Assembly (NCBI GenBank): GCA_051530055.1
Contig: CM121341.1
Span: forward strand, 4,256,784-4,320,783
Source: Neoechinorhynchus agilis
Taxonomy: Eukaryota; Animalia; Acanthocephala
Reading direction: 5' to 3'
Length of the DNA: 64,000 nt
Part shown: piece after piece, positions 22,801 through 33,773 of the stretch
How the letters are laid out: each line of letters starts with the position of its first letter
Numbering within the stretch: position 1 is the first letter of the stretch
The notes under the pieces: model-generated
What the model was told of the DNA's origin: nothing
The model's database searches: none
The model's input: only the letters and a program-made list of their open reading frames with translations
Program-made: the position numbers and the translations under genes

Positions 22801-25672
22801 AAGATTGTAGCTCCGAAATATTGGACTTAATAAATTTCTACAATTTTTTTATAATATTGCTTTGTTGCGATATTTCGTTTGTCATTTTAGATTTTTTAAC
22901 TGTTTTCAAACGCAAAGGACTCCGATGAGAAAATTTAGTGGTAATAAATGCAATGTTTCAACGTTCCCATCGGAATCGTGGGCTTTTGGATACATTTAAA
23001 AAGGATAAAATGACAAACGAAATATCGCAACAATAAGAATTTATTATGTCAAATATTTCGAGCCACAATCTGTAAGCCTTCTTTGAGCGTCTTTAAAAAC
23101 TAAAAATCTCGATAAAGAAGACGTACAAGATTGTAGCTCCGAAATATTGGACTTAATAAATTTCTACAATTTTTTTATAATATTGCTTTGTTGCGATATT
23201 TCGTTTGTCATTTTAGATTTTTTAACTGTTTTCAAACGCAAAGGACTCCGATGAGAAAATTTAGTGGTAATAAATGCAATGTTTCAACGTTCCCATCGGA
23301 ATCGTGGGCTTTTGGATACATTTAAAAAGGATAAAATGACAAACGAAATATCGCAACAATAAGAATTTATTATGTCAAATATTTCGAAGCCACAATCTTG
23401 TACGCATTCTTTAGAGCGTCTTTTAATAACTAAAAATCTCGATAAAGAAGGCGTACAAGATTGTAGCTCCGAAATATTGGACTTAATAAATTTCTACAAT
23501 TTTTTTATAATATTGCTTTGTTGCGATATTTCGTTTGTCATTTTAGATTTTTTAACTGTTTTCAAACGCAAAGGACTCCGATGAGAAAATTTAGTGGTAA
23601 TAAATGCAATGTTTCAAGTTCCCATCGGAATCGTGGCTTTTGGATCATTTAAAAGGATAAAATCAAACGAAATATCGCAACAATAAGAATTTATTATGTC
23701 AAATATTTCGAAGCCACAATCTTGTACGCATTCTTTAGAGCGTCTTTTAAAAACTAAAAATCTCGATAAAGAAGACGTACAAGATTGTAGCTCCGAAATA
23801 TTGGACTTAATAAATTTCTACAATTTTTTTATAATATTGCTTTGTTGCGATATTTCGTTTGTCATTTTAGATTTTTTAACTGTTTTCAAACGCAAAGGAC
23901 TCCGATGAGAAAATTTAGTGGTAATAAATGCAATGTTTCAACGTTCCCATCGGAATCGTGGGCTTTTGGATACATTTAAAAAGGATAAAATGACAAACGA
24001 AATATCGCAACAATAAGAATTTATTATGTCAAATATTTCGAAGCCACAATCTTGTAAGCCTTCTTTAGAGCGTCTTTTAAAAACTAAAAATCTCGATAAA
24101 GAAGACGTACAAGATTGTAGCTCCGAAATATTGGACTTAATAAATTTCTACAATTTTTTTATAATATTGCTTTGTTGCGATATTTCGTTTGTCATTTTAG
24201 ATTTTTTAACTGTTTTCAAACGCAAAGGACTCCGATGAGAAAATTTAGTGGTAATAAATGCAATGTTTCAACGTTCCCATCGGAATCGTGGGCTTTTGGA
24301 TACATTTAAAAAGGATAAAATGACAAACGAAATATCGCAACAATAAGAATTTATTATGTCAAATATTTCGAAGCCACAATCTTGTAAGCCTTCTTTAGAT
24401 CGTCTTTTAAAAACTAAAAATCTCGACAAAGAAGACGTACAAGATTGTAGCTCCGAAATATTGGACTTAATAAATTTCTACAATTTTTCACCGTCATCAA
24501 AAAAGGGCACGAACAATTCAATGTTCAAACATTACAAAAATATTTCGTTTAAATGAGCAACACTCGTTAAAAACTTAAGATTTTTCTTAAAATTAAAAGG
24601 AACAGGCAAACTTAACCTAAACTTTTTGTTTTCGACAACAATTTCTAGTATTGAAGGAAGGTTTAAACGGAGTGCGATCGCCGAAAACGTTTTGAGTATT
24701 TTTAGAATGATTATTAAGAGAAAATCCTTTGTGTCTTGGGTTTTGCCACGCTCGCGGGATTTTAAATTCACTAATCTAAAATTTCGGCGATATTTCACTT
24801 ATCGGATAATTGCGCAATTTCATCAAGATTTGTAATTGTTATCAGTGAATTTAAAATCGAAGTGGCAAAATTACAAAAAGAATATCCTTTTGTATGACAG
24901 ACCGGATAGAGAATATTTTATTGAGATATTTTGGAAAACAGGTATAATAACTTTGCTATTTTTCTATAAATTTGTTATTATTTGGCGGTACAACAATTTT
25001 AATCGAAGCCGCCCCCTTCCCACCGGCACCTCACATATCGATATTTGAAAAGATAATTCATTGTTATTTGTCGATAGGAGAAACGCTTTAACAATCGCTG
25101 AAGAAGATCCGAGATAGTGGATCGAAATATCCAACAAATTCTTAATTTCATTTATTTCTCCAATCGACAAATATCGATATTTTTCAATAAAAAGAGGAAA
25201 TCACATAGCGTCGTCAATGTGAGTGGAAAGAAATACTTTACAGGCGCCAATGTACGGAATTCAAAAGATATTTCGCAATTCGATCACAAAAGTTTCAAAA
25301 ATCCATAATGGAATGAACGTGCCATCCGTACGTGAGGCTAAAGGATCAACTCCGGTCAATGCGCACATTTCGAGAAACTTTCTTCTCAAATCACCGTCCT
25401 TCTTTATTTGTTTTCGATGTTTTCGTGCATAAACCGTTAAATGTTCCTTAAATACATTCAATTGCCTTGAAAGCTAAATTGGAGAAAAATGATTTTGAAA
25501 TCAATAATGATCTTAGTTTACCTCCTTTAATTGATTTTGAGCCAATTCTGCTCCTTTCGATGAAAACCGCTCCTAAACACTCTTATACGCAAGGCAGGAA
25601 AATATATTAACAAAAACGTACCTGACTCGCCGTTTGCTTCTTCACCGCTCCCACACCCACAGATCTTCTCAT
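19849..25672 (-). CDS. SNF8: ESCRT-II subunit SNF8/Vps22/EAP30; exons 25622-25672, 25522-25572, 25332-25473, 19849-20318
   Basis: Spliced product MRRSVGVGAVKK...LSRQLNVFKEHL...MCALTGVDPLAS/RFFTDLLGLGDFYYDLSVQVLEVC...GGL...YWVASFF matches SNF8 hallmarks. Introns are 49, 48 and 5013 nt, all GT-AG. Confidence 0.92.
20401..24487. repeat. 330-bp tandem satellite, ~12.3 units, each made of two hairpins; intronic in SNF8
   Basis: Period 330 visible (e.g. 20752, 21082, 21412, 21742, 22072). In unit 2, hairpin A spans 20731-20865 and hairpin B 20888-21059 (perfect 28-bp arms). Confidence 0.95.
25066..25172. mobile_element. ~107-bp MITE-like element with 17-bp TIRs
   Basis: atttgtcgataggagaa ... ttctccaatcgacaaat (1 mismatch); a second diverged copy lies in opposite orientation at ~45280-45365. 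Confidence 0.7.
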
Positions 25673-25774
25673 ACTCTGGCGGAATGTCACGAATGTTCAA
25701 ACAACTCCAACAGCTCACCAAACTACAAGGATGTTCGCTTTATCGACGAAAGGTGAGTAAAATTACGTATAGAA

Positions 25775-28700
25775 GATCTTGTTTTTTGCCGAACTCATTA
25801 TGACGTCATCATTATTCGTTTCATAATTCTGGTTTCTTTCGTCGTGGAAAATGTGACGTGTTTTAGAGGCGTTTTTGAAAGAATAAACGGTGAAACTCGT
25901 ATTTGTTTTTGCATTTTCCCTGTGTAAAGATTACGTTTTTTGCCGAACTCATTATGACGTCATCATTATTCGTTTCATAATTCTGGTTTCTTTCGTCGTG
26001 GAAAATGTGACGTGTTTTAGAGGAGTTTTTGAGAATAAACGGTGAAACTCGTATTTGTTTTTGCATTTTCCCTGTGTAAAGATCACTTTTTTGCCGAACT
26101 CATTATGACGTCATCATTATTCGTTTCATAATTCTGGTTTCTTTCGTCGTGGAAAATGTGACGTGTTTTAGAGGAGTTTTTGAAAGATTAAACGGTACAA
26201 CTCGTATTTGTTTTTGCATTTTTCCTGTGTAAAGATCACTTTTTGCCGAACTCATTATGACGTCATCATTATTCGTTTCATAATTCTGGTTTCTTTCGTC
26301 GTGGAAAATGTGACGTGTTTTAGAGGAGTTTTTGAAAGAATAAACGGTGAAACTCGTATTTGTTTTTGCATTTTCCCTGTGTAAAGATCACTTTTTTTGC
26401 CGAACTCATTATGACGTCATCATTATTCGTTTCATAATTCTGGTTTCTTTCGTCGTGGAAAATGTGACGTGTTTTAGAGGAGTTTTTGAAAGAATAAACG
26501 GTACAACTCGTATTTGTTTTTGCATTTTCCCTGTGTAAAGATCACGTTTTTTGCCGAACTCATTATGACGTCATCATTATTCGTTTCATAATTCTGGTTT
26601 CTTTCGTCGTGGAAAATGTGACGTGTTTTAGAGGAGTTTTTGAAAGATTAAACGGTACAACTCGTATTTGTTTTTGCATTTTCCTGTGTAAAGATCATTT
26701 TTTGCCGAACTCATTATGACGTCATCATTTTTCGTTTCATAATTCTGGTTTCTTTCGTCGTGGAAAATGTGACGTGTTTTAGAGGAGTTTTTGAAAGATT
26801 AAACGGTGAAACTCGTATTTGTTTTTGCATTTTCCCTGTGTAAAGATCACGTTTTTTGCCGAACTCATTATGACGTCATCATTATTCGTTTCATAATTCT
26901 GGTTTCTTTCGTCGTGGAAAATGTGACGTGTTTTAGAGGAGTTTTTGAAAGAATAAACGGTGAAACTCGTATTTGTTTTTGCATTTTCCTGTGTAAAGAT
27001 CACGTTTTTTGCCGAACTCATTATGACGTCATCATTATTCGTTTCATAATTCTGGTTTCTTTCGTCGGTGTTTTTTTTGTGTCTTTTTTGCCGAACTCAT
27101 TATGACGTCATCATTTTGTTTTGGAAAATGTGACGTGTTTTAGAGGAGTTTTTGAAAGATTAAACGGTACAACTCGTATTTGTTTTTGCATTTTTCCCAA
27201 AGATCACTTTTTTCCGAACTCATTATGACGTCATCATTATTCGTTTCATAATTCTGGTTTCTTTCGTCGTGGAAAATGTGACGTGTTTTAGAGGAGTTTT
27301 TGAAAGAATAAACGGTGAAACTCGTATTTGTTTTTGCATTTTCCCTGTGTAAAGATCACGTTTTTTGCCGAACTCATTATGACGTCATCATTATTCGTTT
27401 CATAATTCTGGTTTCTTTCGTCGTGGAAAATGTGACGTGTTTTAGAGGAGTTTTTGAAAGATTAAACGGTGAAACTCGTATTTGTTTTTGCATTTTTCCC
27501 TGTGTAAAGATCACTTTTTTGCCGAACTCATTATGACGTCATCATTATTCGTTTCATAATTCTGGTTTCTTTCGTCGTGGAAAATGTGACGTGTTTTAGA
27601 GGCGTTTTTGAAAGAATAAACGGTACAACTCGTATTTGTTTTAATATTTTCCCTGTGTAAAGATCACGTTTTTTGCCGAACTCATTATGACGTCATCATT
27701 ATTCGTTTCATAATTCTGGTTTCTTTCGTCGTGGAAAATGTGACGTGTTTTAGAGGCGTTTTTGAAAGATTAAACGGTGAAACTCGTATTTGTTTTAGCA
27801 TTTTCCCTGTGTAAAGATCACGTTTTTTGCCGAACTCATTATGACGTCATCATTATTCGTTTCATAATTCTGGTTTCTTTCGTCGTGGAAAATGTGACGT
27901 GTTTTAGAGGAGTTTTTGAAAGATTAAACGGTGAAACTCGTATTTGTTTTAGCATTTTCCTGTGTAAAGATCACGTTTTTTGCCGAACTCATTATGACGT
28001 CATCATTTTTCGTTTCATAATTCTGGTTTCTTTCGTCGTGGAAAATGTGACGTGTTTTAGAGGAGTTTTTGAAAGAATAAACGGTGAAACTCGTATTTGT
28101 TTTTGCATTTTCCCTGTGTAAAGATCACGTTTTTTGCCGAACTCATTATGACGTCATCATTATTCGTTTCATAATTCTGGTTTCTTTCGTCGTGGAAAAT
28201 GTGACGTGTTTTAGAGGAGTTTTTGAAAGAATAAACGGTGAAACTCGTATTTGTTTTTGCATTTTCCCTGTGTAAAGATCACGTTTTTTGCCGAACTCAT
28301 TATGACGTCATCATTTTTCGTTTCATAATTCTGGTTTCTTTCGTCGTGGAAAATGTGACGTGTTTTAGAGGCGTTTTTGAAAGAATAAACGGTACAACTC
28401 GTATTTGTTTTTGCATTTTCCCTGTGTAAAGATCACGTTTTTTGCCGAACTCATTATGACGTCATCATTATTCGTTTCATAATTCTGGTTTCTTTCGTCG
28501 TGGAAAATGTGACGTGTTTTAGAGGCGTTTTTGAAAGAATAAACGGTGAAACTCGTATTTGTTTTTGCATTTTCCCTGTGTAAAGATCACGTTTTTTGCC
28601 GAACTCATTATGACGTCATCATTATTCGTTTCATAATTCTGGTTTCTTTCGTCGTGGAAAATGTGACGTGTTTTAGAGGCGTTTTTGAAAGAATAAACGG

Positions 28701-30115
28701 TAAAACTCGTATTTGTTTTTGCATTTTCCCTGTGTAAAGATCACGTTTTGCCGAACTCATTATGACGTCATCATTATTCGTTTCATAATTCTGGTTTCTT
28801 TCGTCGTGGAAAATGTGACGTGTTTTAGAGGAGTTTTTGAAAGATTAAACGGTGAAACTCGTATTTGTTTTTGCATTTCCCTGTGTAAAGATCACGTTTT
28901 TTGCCGAACTCATTATGACGTCATCATTATTCGTTTCATAATTCTGGTTTCTTTCGTCGTGGAAAATGTGACGTGTTTTAGAGGAGTTTTTGAAAGATTA
29001 AACGGTGAAACTCGTATTTGTTTTAGCATTTCCCTGTGTAAAGATCTCGTTTTTTGCCGAACTCATTATGACGTCATCATTATTCGTTTCATAATTCTGG
29101 TTTCTTTCGTCGTGGAAAATGTGACGTGTTTTAGAGGAGTTTTTGAAAGAATAAACGGTGAAACTCGTATTTGTTTTTGCATTTTCCCTGTGTAAAGATC
29201 ACGTTTTTTGCCGAACTCATTATGACGTCATCATTATTCGTTTCATAATTCTGGTTTCTTTCGTCGTGGAAAATGTGACGTGTTTTAGAGGAGTTTTTGA
29301 AAGAATAAACGGTAAAACTCGTATTTGTTTTTGCATTTTCCCTGTGTAAAGATCACGTTTTTTGCCGAACTCATTATGACGTCATCATTATTCGTTTCAT
29401 AATTCTGGTTTCTTTCGTCGTGGAAAATGTGACGTGTTTTAGAGGAGTTTTTGAAAGATTAAACGGTACAACTCGTATTTGTTTTTGCATTTTCCTGTGT
29501 AAAGATCACTTTTTTTGCCGAACTCATTATGACGTCATCATTTTTCGTTTCATAATTTGGTTTCTTTCGTCGTGGAAAATGTGACGTGTTTTAGAGGGTT
29601 TTTGAAAGATAAACGGTGAAACTCGTATTTGTTTTGCATTCCTGTGTAAAGATCACGTTTTTTGCCGAACTCATTATGACGTCATCATTTTCGTTTTTTT
29701 GGTTTTCGTTGGAAAGTGAGTGTTTTAGAGGGTGTGGTTGTTTTGTTTTTTGTTTCGTTTTATAATTCTGGTTTCTTTCGTCGTGGAAAATGTGACGTGT
29801 TTTAGAGGAGTTTTTGAAAGAATAAACGGTGAAACTCGTATTTGTTTTAACATTTTCCCTGTGTAAAGATCTCTTTTTTGCCGAACTCATTATGACGTCA
29901 TTATTTTTCGTTTCATAATTTTGGTTTCTTTCGTCGTGGAAAAGGTGAAGTGTTTTAGAGGGGTTTTTGAAAGAATAAACGGTGAAACTCGTATTTGTTT
30001 TTGCATTTGCCCTGTGTATTGATGAGGAGATCACTTTTCTGCCGAACTCATTATGACGTCATCATTATTCGTTTTATAATTTTTGTTTCTTTCGTCGTGG
30101 AAAATGTGACGTGTT
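25775..30115. repeat. 154-bp tandem satellite, ~28 units, each with palindrome ATGACGTCAT
   Basis: Period 154 visible (e.g. ORF starts 28084, 28238); degenerate units near 27070, 29700 and at the right end. Confidence 0.95.
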
Positions 30116-30802
30116 CCTGTTTTTTTTAGGATAAAGGATACAACTCGTGTTTGTTTTCTGTCCTCGCAAAGCTCCGAGAAGAACTTAGTTTTGAACTTGA
30201 TGCGAGGTCATTCGATTTAATATTTAGTTTCTTTCGTGGAGGCGATGTCGCACTATATTGATTTTGTTTCAACGTTTTCATTCGAGTTCAATACACGTGG
30301 AATTCAGTGTATTCTTCAACGTGTTATAATTTCAACTTTATCGATTGCAGTGTCGCTTTTAATTATGAAAATCCATTTTGAATTGTTTGGTTCTGTTTCA
30401 CAAGATTTCGTCCGTAGCGTCGGACTTCAGACCAAATATTGTCACAAAACAGAATCAATATCCATATCAGCGAGCAAAATAAATCCACGAACTTCTCTTT
30501 ACAACGAAAAAATGCTAATTCTTTTTCTATTTAATTGTTCTCGTTTTCCTACAAAAAATTATTGTCATTTTTTGAAATTTGACTAGCCGCTTTCTTTTTG
30601 TCCCGCCGATTCATTTGTTAGGGAAGCGCATGAAATCACTTTGTCATCCGTCCGGCTCCTCAAATATTGATTTAGAATCGGTTTAAGAAAATTATTCTGG
30701 TGTCATAGAACTTCGTCTCTACCTTTTGTTTTGCGTCTCAGGAAGAACGCAATGATTGTTTACGTCTCGCTTCCAAACCTTTGTCGTCTTAATAATCCGA
30801 AG

Positions 30803-32645
30803 ATGCCGAGTGAGTGTACGACGATGCCGCATTCAAACGACAACTTGATAAATTCGTTCAGTGTTCAAGATCTCAAAGAGCGGGGCAATGACCATTTCAA
30901 AAATAACGAATTTAAGAAAGCCGTCGAAATGTATGATATGGCAATTGATCGGAGTCCCGATATAGCCATCCTTTACTCTAATCGATCAGCTGCTCATATA
31001 AAGTTAGAGAATTTTGGTTATGCTCTCGCGGACGCTGAGCAAGCCATCAAACTCGATCCAACGTTTGTAAAGGTATGGTTGCCATGGTTACTTTTGAATT
31101 TTTATCGGTACCACTTTGTGGTCAATTGATGCGGCGTGGAAAGCGAGAGTGTAAAAAGGTTCGTTAGACCAGAAAAATTTTTAAAGTCATTTGGCACTTA
31201 TCGATGAACGTAAAGTTCTCTAAAAAAGAAAGTAATGCGATTTCCCGATTTATTAAGTGTGAGTTTTTTACTCATGTACCTTTTTTTCATGCGGTTGTTG
31301 ATTTTTGACAAGTTATTCCTGATGATGAAGCGGTCAACATTTTCTGATGATGGCAAGTCCGGTCGGTTTCGTTCGGGTGGGAGTCTTTCCTTAGGTTCAT
31401 TTCCTTTTACGATGGACCATTTAGGCGTACCATCGAGCTGCAAGCTCATTGACGGCGATGACGAGGTACCGTGAAGCGGTTCAAATGCTCCAAAAAGTAG
31501 ACGAACTCAGACCATCAATGCACATTCGAAAACAACTCGCTTCGTGTCGGAAGCTTGCGACTAGACAAGCGTTTGAGCGAGCGATTCACACCAACTCAGT
31601 AGGCGGAGGAGATGAACAACGAGCTGAGTTTAAGATCGATTTAGACAAGATATCATTCGATGAGAAGAGTTACCGAGGAACCATACTGTCCACGAGCACA
31701 CCTATAAATGAAGATTTTGTTAGTCAACTTTTGTCCGATCTGCGATCTCAAATACGTCTACATGAGAAATTTGCTTATCGTATTCTACTAGAAGCGAGAG
31801 ATGTCTTAAAACGGGAACCTACTCTTGTAAAAGTCAATCTATCTAACCAAGATCGATTGACCATTTGTGGAGACGTACATGGACAATTCTATGACCTTTT
31901 ACATATCTTTGAACAAAACGGCCTTCCTTCAAACAACCGACCCTATATGTTCAATGGAGATTTTGTCGATCGTGGATCGTTTTCCGTCGAATGCATTCTC
32001 ACCCTCTTATGCTTCAAACTCCTCTATCCCAAACGGTTCTATCTTAACCGCGGCAATCATGAAGTCAGTGACCTCAATGAAATATACGGATTTAAAGGTG
32101 AAGTCCAGAGCAAATACTCGCCTGAAATGTACAAACTATTCACCGAAATATTCAACCATCTTCCTTTGTGTCATTTAATCAACGAAAAAGTGCTCGTGGT
32201 GCATGGTGGCATCCCTGCTGATACAAAAACAACCCTAGCCGATATTGCAGCTATCGATAGAAACATGCAACCACCTCCTTTTGGAATTATGGCGGAGCTT
32301 TTATGGAATGATCCTTCTAATGTTAATGGGAAACAACCAAGCAAACGAGGACAAGGATACACTTTCGGGCCTGATATCTCAAAAGAGTTCTGCAACAGAA
32401 ATTCCGTCGAGTACATCGTTAGAAGCCATGAAGTTAAAGAAAATGGATATGAAGTTGAACACGATAAACGGGTCGTCACCGTGTTTTCAGCCCCAAACTA
32501 TTGTGATTGTACCGGCAATGCGGGAGCTTATATACATCTCAACGGAGACAACGTCGAACGACCTTTGTTCAACAAATTCAGGCACTCGCCACATCCTAAT
32601 ATACCTCCAATGGCCTACTCGTCAGATTTCTTTCATCTAGGATAG
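30803..32645 (+). CDS. PPP5C: Serine/threonine protein phosphatase 5 (TPR + PPP catalytic domain); intron 31073-31424; start uncertain
   Basis: TPR LKERGNDHFK...YSNRSAAHIKLENFGYALADA...DPTFVK/AYHRAASS; catalytic GDVHGQ, GDFVDRG, RGNHE, HGG, FSAPNYC; C-terminal HPNIPPMAY. Confidence 0.95.
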
Positions 32646-32759
32646 ACTTAATAAATGAAGGCTTTTTGATGCGATCGAGAAAGGTAGCGTTCTTACTTAT
32701 GCTAGTGGCGGATTTTGGTCAGGGAATTGCCTCATATCACTCAAAAACATCGGCTATCG

Positions 32760-33773
32760 TATGAAATTAGATTTGTAGAGAATATTGTGAGCGTGTTCTG
32801 CTCAGGAACGTGCTGAAAAGAATTTCAAGGGGCGCTGCATCGAGAATATTTCAGAGTTTTCCGCTAGTGATGTTTCAAAGGGATCTCTGACCACAAAAAT
32901 AAAAGAGCGAACAAGATCTTTTAACAAAATTTTTACTCAATGTACATTGGCACGCCTAGTCGACCAATTTGCAGGGGTGCCCTCGCAAAAAGGAAGGTGG
33001 GATTCGTCCCATTGCAACAGGAGCAACTCTCACCATGCAAATCTGACGCTCTGATTTCAATGGTGTTATCCAATATTAATGACTTGCAAATTTAGTGATC
33101 TTTCACTCTTGTGACTATTTACCAAATATGATAATGCGATTTCCGACGCCAATAATACAGCTGTAGTTTATTGATTATGTTCGTGTAGTACATCCCAATG
33201 CGCTGATTCCAAATCTGTTTTCGGATTTGCGATAGCTGTCACAATTCTTGAGTTATTCATCTATCAATTTTTAGACTAATAACCTGTATTATCGATATTA
33301 AAACATCAATAAGTAACAGATCAAATCAACTTTTCTAGATCTACTTTTGACTCTGATTTTGCCAGCAGTAAAGGTTTCTTGTGGCTTCTGAAATCTTTGC
33401 ATTTAGTTTTAAGATTGAAGTTCATAAAAGAGACGTGGTTAATGGTGAAAATTGGCATTAAATTGAATGCTGCTAACTGCGAGATTGTATTGATGAACGT
33501 GAAAGATGAGGCGTCTAGGCAAACTACCGTGAAAGATTTACAAAACCTGGTCCCCGGAATAGAATTGACCACTCTAGGCCGGTTGAGTCTTCTAGGAAGT
33601 TGCATTTTTGGTTCTAATGTTGAAGCAGAGATTGCCGATCTTCAACCGCAACTTTCGGTGCTGTGCGAACGAGCTAATGAATCATCTTCACACGAAGCTC
33701 TGTTCCTGATCAAAAACACCATCTTTATTCCCAAAACTGCTGTATAAGCTGAGCACAGCACCTCTCAAACACG
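32760..33773 (+). mobile_element. Degenerate, internally deleted 5'/RT part of a CRE-clade retrotransposon
   Basis: Matches 55070-55320 and 63770-63910 (ALAKKEGGIRPIA); 33379-33747 encodes KLNAANCEI...LLGSCIF...HEALFLIKNTIFIPK. Confidence 0.75.

Noticed and set aside
20363-24556. Repeated 66-86-aa ORFs in the 330-bp satellite
   Set aside because: By-products of the repeat, antisense to SNF8 within an intron, and broken in several units.
25863-30034. Repeated 63-160-aa ORFs in the 154-bp satellite
   Set aside because: Period 154 is not a multiple of 3 and indels are frequent; no protein-like signal.
20401-30115. Tandem arrays as CRISPR loci
   Set aside because: Units are near-identical along their whole length with no unique spacers, no cas genes, and the context is eukaryotic.
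11667-32645. Functional clustering of phosphatase-related genes (PP1-docking protein, alkaline-phosphatase family, PP5)
   Set aside because: Unrelated folds and pathways, interspersed with other genes; no evidence beyond coincidence.
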